From NCBI RefSeq assembly GCF_001194135.2, contig NC_068983.1:53695441-53732979 (forward strand): a DNA stretch of 37,539 bases. Reading direction: 5' to 3'. How positions within the stretch are numbered: the stretch's first letter is position 1; every line of letters starts with the position of its first letter. The notes below the pieces were generated by a model, which saw nothing but the letters and a program-made list of their open reading frames with translations, was not told the origin of the DNA and did no database searches. Both the position numbers and the translations under genes were made by a program. The stretch comes from Octopus bimaculoides (Eukaryota). Below are positions 21,953-32,189 of the stretch, piece by piece.

Positions 21953-22861
21953 TGACAATGTTTCTCTAAAAGAAACGGAGAAACTTTCACAAGTACAGGT
22001 GCAATGAAAGATCTGGAAATAGAGGTAACTTGAATGTGGAGACTAAAGATAGAAACAATTCCTATGATAGTGGGCACATTAGGTATGATAAAAAATATTC
22101 AGACAAATACATAACAAAAACACCAGGACTTACAAGTATATATAATAAATAAAATAAATGCACCCTTTTAAAACCTAGCCAGGCTCATGGGCCTGGTTTC
22201 CCGGTTTCAATGGCATATATGTTCCCCAGCTGGACGGGATGCCAGTCCATCGCAGCATTACTAATTTTTGCCAGCTGAGTGGACTGGAGCAACGCGAAAT
22301 GAAGTGTTTTGCTCAAGAACACAATGCGTCGCCCGGTCCAGGAATCGAAACCACAATCTTACGATCATGATGCTGACACCCTAACCACTAAGCCACGCAC
22401 CTCCACAAGTATATATAACAAACAGAAAATAGCACTACTAGGCACTGCACACTTCCTACATAAAACCCTTTCAATACAGTAAAAATAAGAGCACCACAAC
22501 AAACCACAGCACATACCCAAGGTACACAGAGCTGCACTCGGTAGAGTAGTGAAAGCACTTGATAAAGATCTAGAAATAGAGGTAACTTGAATGTGGAGCC
22601 TAAAAACGGAAACAATTCCTATCATAGTAGGCACATTAGGTATAATAAGAAAATATTCAGACAAATACATAACAAAAACACCAGGACTTACAAATATATA
22701 TAACTTACAGAAAATTGCACTACTGGGCACTGCACACATCCTACGCAAAACACTTTCAATACAGTGAGAATAAGAGTACCACAAGAAACCACAGCACATA
22801 CCCAAGGCACACAGAGCTGCACTCGGTAGTGAAGTGAAAGCACGTTATAAAAATAAAACTA

Positions 22862-22895
<34 letters not shown>
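21953..22895 (+). mobile_element. Two tandem 3' fragments of the second R4/Dong-type family; the first is interrupted by a SINE
   Basis: 22563 onward reads KDLEIEVT*MWSLKTETIPIIVGTLGIIRKYSDKYITKTPGLTNIYNLQKIALLGTAHILRKTLSIQ*, then 3' UTR and (TAA)n; same sequence seen at 21953-22145 plus 22405-22560. Confidence 0.85.
22146..22404 (-). mobile_element. tRNA-derived SINE (family E here), full length with TSD
   Basis: Minus-strand A-box TGGCTTAGTGG and B-box GGTTTCGATTCC, body ttgagcaaaacacttc...gcgatggactggcatcccgtccag, (TTTA)n tail; TSD acaagtatatataa at 22132-22145 and 22405-22418. Confidence 0.9.
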
Positions 22896-22896
22896 G

Positions 22897-22982
22897 TTGA
22901 AACTGTCCTTCAGAAGAAGATGTAAGTGGGAGCAAAGCTGACCAGCTTTGCCCCCACTTACATCTTCTGAAGGACGGTTTCA

Positions 22983-22983
<1 letters not shown>
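22897..22983. repeat. 87-bp near-perfect palindrome in a (TAA)n tract
   Basis: Arms 22897-22940 and 22943-22983; 2-nt loop, one 3-nt bulge, two mismatches. Confidence 0.9.
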
Positions 22984-23063
<80 letters not shown>

Positions 23064-23344
23064 AGCAACATCAGCCATTACTACCAACAACAATAATAAT
23101 AATGATATAATAAATCAATAAAAAGATCACATGATAATAAGACTAGCATAATTGATTGCCTTAAAAGAAGACAGTCTCTCATTACAGTGCTTTATGAACT
23201 GAGCTGCTATGAAAGAATGTGAGAAAATTTGCCTTGTCAGTTACTTTGATTATAGACCTGTTCTGTTAGGGCTGACCTGGACTAAATGCCACCAGCAACA
23301 CACCACCAACAACATCAACAGCAGCAGTAGTAGTACCCGTTACA

Positions 23345-23516
23345 TGAACATATGTAAGAAATTTGTCTCAAGCATGTGATTCCAGGTTCAGCCCCACTGC
23401 ATGGCAGTTGGGGTAACTGCCTTCCACTATGGCCCTGGGCTGACCAAAGCCGTGTGAGTGAATTTTGGTAGACAGAAACAGAAGGAAGCCTGTTGTGCAT
23501 GCATATATATATATAT
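23345..23516 (+). mobile_element. Family-A SINE head running into an assembly gap
   Basis: ttccaggttcagccccactgcatggc...gaccaaagccgtgtgagtg...gtagacagaaacagaaggaagcc then (TA)n and Ns. Confidence 0.75.
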
Positions 23517-23737
23517 NNNNNNNNNNNNNNNNNNNNNNNNNNNNNNNNNNNNNNNNNNNNNNNNNNNNNNNNNNNNNNNNNNNNNNNNNNNNNNNNNNNN
23601 NNNNNNNNNNNNNNNNNNNNNNNNNNNNNNNNNNNNNNNNNNNNNNNNNNNNNNNNNNNNNNATGTTTTAGACATTTCTCTACCAAGAACACTTATTAGA
23701 AATTCAGTATATTGTATTCCCATCGAATATATTTAAT

Positions 23738-23779
<42 letters not shown>

Positions 23780-23789
23780 CACACACTTT

Positions 23790-23825
<36 letters not shown>

Positions 23826-23827
<2 letters not shown>

Positions 23828-24104
23828 TCATCATCATCATCATCACCACCACCATTTAGCATTTGTTCTCCATGCAGGCATGGGTTGGATGGTCTCACTG
23901 GGCTGGCATTCTGGAAGGCTGCACCAGACTCCAGTCTGATTTGGCATGGTCTTTTACATCTGGATGCCCTTTCTAACACCAACCACTCTGAGAATGTAAT
24001 GAGTACTTTTATGTTCCACTAGCACGTGTGCCATTTGTGTGACACCGGGGTGCATTTACGTGCCACTGGCACAGGTGCCAATTTTCATGTCACAGGTATC
24101 TGCC
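23826..24104 (-). mobile_element. Family-B retroposon, degenerate
   Basis: (CAT)n tail, ccatgcaggcatgggttggatgg, ctggatgcccttt ctaacaccaaccactc. Confidence 0.75.
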
Positions 24105-24920
24105 ATAAAAAATATTATAAACCACAACAGCCAACAAGAGGTGAGCATTGGCTGTAATTTCTGTAAGGCAGAGTCCTGCCCATTGTATCAACAATGTTTA
24201 ACAAAATCCATTGTATACGAGGCAGAAGTCTCAGCAAACAACGGAGATTCAACAGATAACGAAACATATATCAGTTTATGTGAGGGAGACTTTGAGAAAC
24301 GATATATAAATCACATGGCATCTTTCTGCCATAACGAGAAAGTGAAAACTACAAAATTAGCGATCCACATTTGGGCATTAAAAGAAAAGAACATTCCATA
24401 TGATATAAGATGGAAGATAATTGAAAAGTCGAAACCATACATGACTGGAACTGGGAAGTGTAGGCTTTGTTTAACCGAAAAGGCACAAATCTTATTAAGA
24501 TCTGAAATTTCAGACTCAATTTTGAACTCACAATCCAAAATATTTAGTGGATGTAGGCATATGTACAGATACATATTAAAGAACTGGAAGATCCCACTGC
24601 CACCAAATTGACTACTTTCATTTCATGGTTTATTATGTTCTTTTTATATATTTCCTTAACTTTTCCGAAATTTTTCGTTCATTTTATAATACGATTTTAT
24701 CGGTTCACGTCTTATAATTTGGTTATACTTTTTTTTCGAACCTAGCATTTTTTTGTGTAAAGTATCTTCCCTTTTAAACGATATTTAAAACGATTTAGAT
24801 TTTTCTATTTATATGGCTTATGTATATATCGAATTGTATAGCTTGTATATCATGTGGCTTTGTATTGTGCCAACATTTATAACCGTTTGTGAATTTTTTG
24901 TTCTTTGTAGAATGTTTTAC
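24105..24920 (+). mobile_element. 5'-truncated Penelope-like element: GIY-YIG endonuclease C-terminus (ORF ends 24611) plus T-rich 3' region
   Basis: Supplied ORF 24039-24611: C..C...CPL..QCL...IVYEA...YISLCEG.F..RY.NH..SF...L..HIW.LKE.N..Y.I.WKII....PY......C.LCL.EK..I......LN..S..FS.CRH, the pattern of PLE GIY-YIG domains; no RT visible. Confidence 0.9.
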
Positions 24921-25184
24921 TTTTTTATTTATACTCTTTTACTTGTTTCAGTCATTTGACTGTGGCCATGCTAGAGCACTGCCTTTAGTCGAACAAATCA
25001 ACCCCAAGACTTATTCTTTGTAAGCCTATGCCGAGTATTTATTCTATCGGACTCTTTTGCCAAACTGCTAAGTTACGGGGATGTAAACACACCAGCATCG
25101 GTTGTCAAGCAATGTTGGGGGGGACAAACACAGACACACAAACATATACACATACATATATATATATATATACATACATATATA
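24920..25184 (-). mobile_element. Family-A SINE 3' half running into an assembly gap
   Basis: cttgtttcagtcatttgactgtggccatgc...gtcaagcaatgttggggggacaaacacagac then (TA)n and Ns. Confidence 0.85.
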
Positions 25185-25999
25185 NNNNNNNNNNNNNNNN
25201 NNNNNNNNNNNNNNNNNNNNNNNNNNNNNNNNNNNNNNNNNNNNNNNNNNNNNNNNNNNNNNNNNNNNNNNNNNNNNNNNNNNNNNNNNNNNNNNNNNNN
25301 NNNNNNNNNNNNNNNNNNNNNNNNNNNNNNNNNNNNNNNNNNNNNNNNNNNNNNNNNNNNNNNNNNNNNNNNNNNNNNNNNNNNNNNNNNNNNNNNNNNN
25401 NNNNNNNNNNNNNNNNNNNNNNNNNNNNNNNNNNNNNNNNNNNNNNNNNNNNNNNNNNNNNNNNNNNNNNNNNNNNNNNNNNNNNNNNNNNNNNNNNNNN
25501 NNNNNNNNNNNNNNNNNNNNNNNNNNNNNNNNNNNNNNNNNNNNNNNNNNNNNNNNNNNNNNNNNNNNNNNNNNNNNNNNNNNNNNNNNNNNNNNNNNNN
25601 NNNNNNNNNNNNNNNNNNNNNNNNNNNNNNNNNNNNNNNNNNNNNNNNNNNNNNNNNNNNNNNNNNNNNNNNNNNNNNNNNNNNNNNNNNNNNNNNNNNN
25701 NNNNNNNNNNNNNNNNNNNNNNNNNNNNNNNNNNNNNNNNNNNNNNNNNNNNNNNNNNNNNNNNNNNNNNNNNNNNNNNNNNNNNNNNNNNNNNNNNNNN
25801 NNNNNNNNNNNNNNNNNNNNNNNNNNNNNNNNNNNNNNNNNNNNNNNNNNNNNNNNNNNNNNNNNNNNNNNNNNNNNNNNNNNNNNNNNNNNNNNNNNNN
25901 NNNNNNNNNNNNNNNNNNNNNNNNNNNNNNNNNNNNNNNNNNNNNNNNNNNNNNNNNNNNNNNNNNNNNNNNNNNNNNNNNNNNNNNNNNNNNNNNNNN
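25185..25999. other. Assembly gap (others: 3663-3672, 10332-10380, 21525-21534, 23517-23662, 36404-36841)
   Basis: Runs of N. Confidence 1.
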
Positions 26000-26299
26000 A
26001 TATATATTATTTAATGGACACAATATATGTTTTTATGTACTACTATTAGTTTCATGTGCTGAGAGCATACCAAACAGTATTTTTTAATACATCTGGTGTC
26101 CTAGCACAATCATCAGGCACTTCCAAATGTGTTCAAAAATACTGTTTAGCATGCTGTAAGCACATGAAACTAACCTTAGCCCATAAAAACATATATTGAG
26201 TTTATTAGATAATATTTATCTCTCACCAGATGGAGTACTTTTATTGTTGACCTTAACGTCATGGAACAGTACATTATATATATATATATATAGGTGTGT

Positions 26300-26539
26300 G
26301 TGTCGAAACGTCAGGTTAGAATGGAGGCAGCTGATGAAGGAATATTCCAAGTGGCTTTCCGTTTTCCTATGTGTTCGTTCCGTTGTCTGTAGTTCATTGT
26401 TCTAACGTCCTGTACCCTGATATGCATATATATACACATGTAGATGTAAGTATGTACATATATGTGTGTATACATGTATATATATTCTTTGTATTATTAC
26501 ATTATTGAACGCACACGTCCTTTTTTGCAAGTAAGTCTT

Positions 26540-26545
<6 letters not shown>
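26300..26545 (+). mobile_element. Probable Penelope-like element terminal fragment
   Basis: Contains tcgaaacgtcag and gctgatgaagg (hammerhead half-motifs typical of PLE termini) between TA microsatellites. Confidence 0.4.
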
Positions 26546-26586
<41 letters not shown>

Positions 26587-26699
26587 CAACTCTCCTGTCA
26601 TTAGATGATGTATGAGGGCTTAACAATTTCTTATCGAACAACCACACAGATGATTTGTTTATAATGATCAAATGTTTGTGTAGACATATGCTCATTCCC

Positions 26700-26872
26700 T
26701 CTATCAAATTGACAGGTGCAATGAATGCCACATGTCAGATGACGAAATGATCACAGAGCAATGTGATATGAAGTGCTTTGCTCAAGAGTACAATGCAACA
26801 CCCAGTCTGGGAATCGAACCCATGATCTCACAATCATGAGTGCAACACCGTAACCACTGAGCCATGTGCCTT
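26700..26872 (-). mobile_element. tRNA-derived SINE head, related to family E
   Basis: Minus strand aggcacatggctcagtggtta...gggttcgattcccag...ttgagcaaagcacttca. Confidence 0.75.
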
Positions 26873-26917
26873 AGACACACACACACACACACACATCTAT
26901 ATATATATATAAGATCA

Positions 26918-27130
26918 ACATCATCATCTTTTAATGTCCATTTTCCACACAGACATGGGTTGGATGATTTAACCAGAGCTGGTAAGCCAGAGAGCTGCAC
27001 CAAGTTCTAGTCTGATTTGGCTTGGTTTCTCTGGCTGGATGCCCTTCCTAACACTAACCCCTTTCCAGTGTATGCTGGATGCTTTTAGAATAGCACTGCA
27101 TGGGTGTGGGCAGTGTGGGTACGGTGTTTG
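26918..27130 (-). mobile_element. Family-B retroposon, degenerate
   Basis: catcatcatcttttaatgtcc...catgggttggatg...gctggatgcccttcctaac. Confidence 0.72.
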
Positions 27131-27346
27131 TGCATTACTGCTACTTGACAACTGGTACTGGTTTGTTTACATCCTTGTAACTTAGTGGTTTGGTATAAGG
27201 GACTGATAGAATAAATACCAGACTTCTAAAAAATCATTGGAGCATAAGACCACAAGGCACAATAATTGGTATTAATAATCAAATATTGAAAACAAGCCAG
27301 AATAACGTCTGGCTTGTTATGAAAATCTTTTCAAAAATTACTTCAT

Positions 27347-27648
27347 GATCGTTGCCAATGTCACCTGACTGGCACATGTGCTGGTGGCACATGTAAAAAC
27401 AACATTCGAGCATGGTCGTTGCCAGTGCCGCTGGACTTGCTCCTGTGCAGGTAGCACATAAAAAACCTTTTGAGCGTGGTCGTTGCCAGAACTGCCTACT
27501 ACACTCTCGGAGTGGTTGGCGTTAGGAAGGGCATCTAGCTGTAGAAACTCTGCCAGATCAGATTGGAGCCTGTGCAGCCTTCTGGCTTGCCAGTCCTCAG
27601 TCAAACTGTTGAACCCATGCTAGCATGGAAAGCGGACGTAAAACGATG
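27347..27648 (+). mobile_element. Family-B retroposon
   Basis: ctacactctcggagtggttggcgttaggaagggcatctagctgtagaaactc...acccatgctagcatggaaagcggacgtaaaacgatg. Confidence 0.82.
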
Positions 27649-28370
27649 TAAAAAAAAGTACATTGGCAGTTATGTGGAGGTCACATTATCTCATCATACC
27701 CCCTTCCCTAGCATATATAATCCCACACTATTCTACACTGTTTAAAGACTGTTTTACCTTTAAGAAATATTTTAATCATCTACATGAAAAATTCTCATAG
27801 CCAGTCAGCTATTTGCAAATCATATCTGTCATGATTACATAAAACACTGTTGGTGTATATAAAGGAAATAGCTATGCAATTTTATAAATACATGCATAAA
27901 GAAATAGACATGTAAAATGTTGGCGATGTTCATATACACTATGTCATAATGACTAGATTATGTGTTAAATAATGTTGGCATTGCAATGACAGGATTTGTA
28001 ATAGCATCTACACAATTGTTTTTGAGATGATTAAGGTATGCATATATAGATGATACTGAGGAATATCTAGGGCTTTTTTGGCCCACACCATAGCTCCCCT
28101 TGTAAATATGTAATTGTGCATTATCAAAAAATAACAGTAAACAACATCGATAATATCTCAAAATATTCATTCCTACAGCTGTTTCAATAATTTTTATATC
28201 ACAACACAAATAAGATGTAAAAATCATATCTTTGGGAAATAGTTTCTGTCGGAAAGTAAGAGATATTTTTCTATGCATATGTACATACACATTTGCATTC
28301 ACATATACATACCTACATGCATGCATACTGACATACACGTTGACATACATATATTTACATAGACATTCAT

Positions 28371-28757
28371 GTATTGGCACTCCATCACTTATGACGTCGA
28401 GGGTTCCAGTTGAACCGATCAACGGAACAGCCTGCTCATGAAATTAACATGCAAGTGGCTGAGCACTCCACAGACACGTGTACCCTTAACGTAGTTCTCG
28501 GGGATATTCAGCATGACACAGTGTGACAAAGCTGACCCTTTGAATTACAGGCACAACAGAAACAGAAAGTAAAAGTGAGAGAAAGTTGTGGTGGAAGAGT
28601 ACAGCAGGGTTTGCCACCATCTCCTGCCGGAGCCTCGTGGAGCTTTAGGTGTTTTCGCTCAATAAACACTCACAACGCCGCCCGGTCTGAGAATTGAAAC
28701 CACGATCCTATGACCGTGAGTCTGCTGCCTCTAACCACTGGGCCATTGCGCTTCCAC
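28371..28757 (-). mobile_element. tRNA-derived SINE (family C), full length with TSD
   Basis: A-box TGGCCCAGTGG, B-box GGTTTCAATTCT; TSD agacattcat at 28361-28370 and 28758-28767; about 94% identical to the reverse complement of 32257-32643 (manual count). Confidence 0.92.
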
Positions 28758-28966
28758 AGACATTCATACATACACATATATATACCTACCTACTTACCTA
28801 CTGACCTACATACATACATATGTATGTGTATATGTACATACATACAGACAAGCATATAGATACATTAACTTCTTAGTGTATCTAAACTAAACTGATTAGA
28901 ATTTTTATAGAAATTATGAAACAACTGCTTAGAATGATTCTCTCTGCATGAAAGAGAATATTTTAC

Positions 28967-29142
28967 CATGTTGTTATGTTTGCAGGTGCGTTTGTTACTG
29001 TGCTTAGAGCTGTTTTGGTCAGGTTCCAGTTGCAGCCAGATGTAGAAATCGAAGAAGTAGGGTTTGGATACTTTTCTATCTGTGCACCAACTCCAATCCA
29101 TAACATGACAGTGAGAGCAGTAAATAAACCACTGAATGCACC
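28967..29142 (-). CDS. SLC5A8-like: SLC5 exon (176 nt, phase 0 to 2): GAFSGLFTALTVMLWIGVGAQIEKYPNPTSSISTSGCNWNLTKTALSTVTNAPANITT(W)
   Basis: Acceptor ttttccattcag|, donor tg|gtaaaa; TM helix ending WIGVGAQ, then a Ser/Thr-rich loop with the conserved GC and two N-glycosylation sequons (NLT, NIT). Confidence 0.94.
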
Positions 29143-29401
29143 CTGAATGGAAAATGGTAAAGTGAAATTCTATTTAGAATTCATGTAATTTATTTATTTC
29201 AGTTTGAAAAATTAAAATGCTTATGTTCTACATGACACAATTCACAATTCAATCAAATTCACATCTATTTAAAATAGTGAGTCAGTCTTCTTCATTTAAT
29301 ATTTCCTTCAGAAGTTATTTTTTTTAAATATGCTGACATAAATGAAAGTTGAAATTTTTTAAAAAATGAGAAAAAGAAATGAACAAAAAATAAATATTTA
29401 C

Positions 29402-29488
29402 CCATTTGTTTGCCCAAGGGAAAAACAGGCCTAAGACAAATATCCCAAGCAGAGGTCCTCCAATGATACCAAATAGTGATAATGCTGC
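29402..29488 (-). CDS. SLC5A8-like: SLC5 exon (87 nt, phase 0 to 0): [29 protein letters not shown]
   Basis: Acceptor ttatgtttcag|, donor tgg|gtaaat; GGPLLGxFxLGxFFPxAN signature. Confidence 0.96.
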
Positions 29489-29671
29489 CTGAAACATAAA
29501 AATACATTATACAATATCAGACCAAAGACCTAAGAAGCTTAGGACCAGAAGTATCTCAAGTTTCTGAATTTTCCAGATTTCTGAGACAGCTAAATATATG
29601 CTAAAAATATAATATAAACTATGAAAAGTAAAGAACTAAATTGTATTTAACAGATTCCAAGTAAAACGCCT

Positions 29672-29897
29672 TTAACTCTTTTGACATCATGCTGCCTGAG
29701 AACAGCTTGTTTATATGATACAAATTTAATGCCTAAAGTTGTTTAAATTAAAATGTTCCATCAAAATTCCATGTTAATTTATAATTCAAACAACAGATTA
29801 ATAATGACAAGTTATTTTCCTAACTTCTTCATTATTTTCAAATTAACAGAAACAAAAGCAGTCTGTTTTGACAGGAATATGGTGACAAAAGGGTTAA
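29672..29897. mobile_element. TTAA-flanked MITE (piggyBac-like), third family
   Basis: TTAA|ctcttttgacatcat ... atggtgacaaaaggg|TTAA. Confidence 0.7.
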
Positions 29898-30990
29898 AGC
29901 AGAACCTGTTTGTATCTATTAATCCATTTAAAAATTCTTAAAATATATCATACTGTTCCATGTAAACAGTATAGTGAAAATTAAACAAAGAATAGTAAAG
30001 AACACGATTTTATTTAGCAGAAACAAGTACAAATTAATACAGTTCTGAAGCAGAGTATGTAAAAAACAAAACGATTCTTAACACACCTTCTGCAAATTAA
30101 CACACCCTGCAAAAAAGGTCTCTTTACTCAATATAGGGTGCAGTATATTGCATGATATTGCACAGCACTCCTAGATTTCAGGAAATTCTGGATGTCTGGA
30201 AACCAGATAAGCAGTCCAGTACTGTGTTTCAATAACTAAACTATTACCCTGATACTTCATCCCCACCATCTTTCATTTCTCTTTCCAGGTAGCACCTAAT
30301 ATAATCCCTTTTGCTTAATTGGTAATAAATTCTTCTTTTCCAGAAATCTCTACACTTCTTCTGCAATGCAGCCAGTTATTATTATTATTAATTTCCAAAC
30401 TAATGGTAAGCATGTAATAGGCCTATAAGTACTGACTTTCTTGTCCCTTTCCTTTGTCTTTCTGTATTAGCACTGTCTTTCCTTTTTGTCATTCATGTTG
30501 GCATTCCATTTTCTATTCAGTCAATAAGGAACAATTATGTATTACAAAACATGCATATTGTGGAGATAGTGGTGATTATGGTGATTATGGTGACGATGAT
30601 GATGATGATGATGATGAGGATGATGATGACGTTTTGCTGTTGTTGTTTCTCTATATCTTTGAGAGGTATGTTATCAGTTGTTGGGACTGATATTTTAATT
30701 AATTGTCTCATCCATTCCTTGTGATCTTTAACAACATCCAATTAATTAACCTTGATCTTCGTGTCTGTATAGATTTGCCATATATCAGGGTATCGCCATC
30801 ACTTTATCTTTCTCTGACCCCTCCCTCGTTTTTTCTTTTATTTTTGTTGGTGTATTATTATGCCAACACTGTACTCTTGGTATTTCATAATACCAGTATA
30901 ATTCCCAGTGTACACCTGACGATTTATTCTTCCTTGGCTAATACTGGGCAACCAGAGGCAATGTGAACAATTATTCCCAATCTTTGAATA

Positions 30991-31212
30991 TTCTTATTTC
31001 TTTATTGCCCACAAGGGGCTAAACATAGAGGGGACAAACAAGGACAGACAAAGGGATTAAGTCGATTACATCGACCCCAGTGCATAACTGGTACTTAATT
31101 TATCGACCCCGAAAGGATAAAAGACAAAGTCGACCTCGGCGGAATTTGAACTCAGAATGTAATGGCAGACGAAATACCGCTAAGCATTTCGCCCAGCGTG
31201 CTAACGTTTCTG
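30991..31212 (-). mobile_element. Family-D SINE, young copy
   Basis: Tail ttcttatttctttattgcccac..., body gtcgacctcggcggaatttgaactcagaa. Confidence 0.88.
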
Positions 31213-31499
31213 TCATATTCTGCAGCTGCATAATGTAGTCTGGTTCAATACATGTTTTTGCCAGCTTCCAGAAGAAAGGCTTTCATTCTATGTCACAATA
31301 AAAAATGCTTGTCTTGCTTTCCTCGGCCATTGCAGCAATATTTCTTTATTTCCATTCAGTTTAAAATTTGCAGATATTGCCCATGTAGTGGTTTTTCTTG
31401 TATAGTATACTATAGCTCTATTTTTACCCTTTTTTTAGCTTACTCATTAACCCTCTTATTTAATCATTCTCCTTTTAGTTCTCTGCTACTTTACCCTCA

Positions 31500-31645
31500 T
31501 TGGCATCATCTTTCAATGTCTATTCTCCATACTGCTATGGGTTGGACAATTTGATGGGACCCAATGAGCTGCAGAACTGTAACAAGCCACAATGCCAGCT
31601 TTGGCTTGGTTTCTATGGCTGCATTCCCTTCCTAATTGCCAGCTA
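31500..31645 (-). mobile_element. Family-B remnant
   Basis: catcatctttcaatgtc...atgggttggac...ggctgcattcccttcctaattgcc. Confidence 0.55.
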
Positions 31646-31699
31646 CTTTAAAGTACTAAAACAAGAATGATAAAATAAGAGGGTTTATGAGAAAGCTAA

Positions 31700-31930
31700 A
31701 AAAAAAAGTGGGGGGTAAAAATTCTACCACAGTTGACTTTGCCTTTCATCCTTTCAAAGTACCTGTTGACTTACACCCTCCCCCAAAATTACTGGCCTTG
31801 TGCCAAAATTTAAAACCATTATTAATATCATTATTCATCTTTAGGTAACAAACTGGCACAGTCAAGTACAGGGGTCAATGTAATCAACTTATATCTTTCC
31901 CTCAAAATTGCTGGCCCTGTGCCAAAATTA
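31700..31930 (+). mobile_element. Family-D fragments, plus orientation
   Basis: gttgactttgcctttcatcctttc and two ccc..aaaatt(a/g)ctggcc(t/c)tgtgccaaaatt ends. Confidence 0.55.
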
Positions 31931-32189
31931 GAAAGAATAATCAATCAGCATCTTAATGTTTTGTTTGTACAATGGTTCTTTATTAATTCTGTAGCACAAT
32001 GTTGGCCTTTGTCATCCTTGTAGTGTAAATATTCCAAGTACGCTGTACATATCAGCAAAAACTATCTCTGGAATGGCAACATACTAATTTATTAATGCCT
32101 CAGTAGAGTACACTTTTTGTAGCATCAACTTATGCTATGCCCTCGAGAGCACATTACACTGGCTCTTATGCATTCTTTTTAATATAGGC

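Noticed and set aside
24612-24920. Expected hammerhead in the 3' region of the GIY-YIG element
   Set aside because: No CTGANGA or GAAAC core found before the family-A SINE truncates the element.
25028-26049. 315-328-aa ORFs (also 23315-23736, 36309-36872)
   Set aside because: Length comes from N runs.
27958-28422. 154-aa minus-strand ORF
   Set aside because: Starts in a SINE, passes through a microsatellite and AT-rich intron, has no recognisable motif or good splice pair, and is not needed for the SLC5 frame.
32010-32060. Minus-strand peptide VLGIFTL resembling the SLC5 LLGIFxL helix (possible duplicated exon)
   Set aside because: Followed by a stop three codons later, lacks GGP and FFPWAN, and has no suitable donor; the real exon is 29402-29488.
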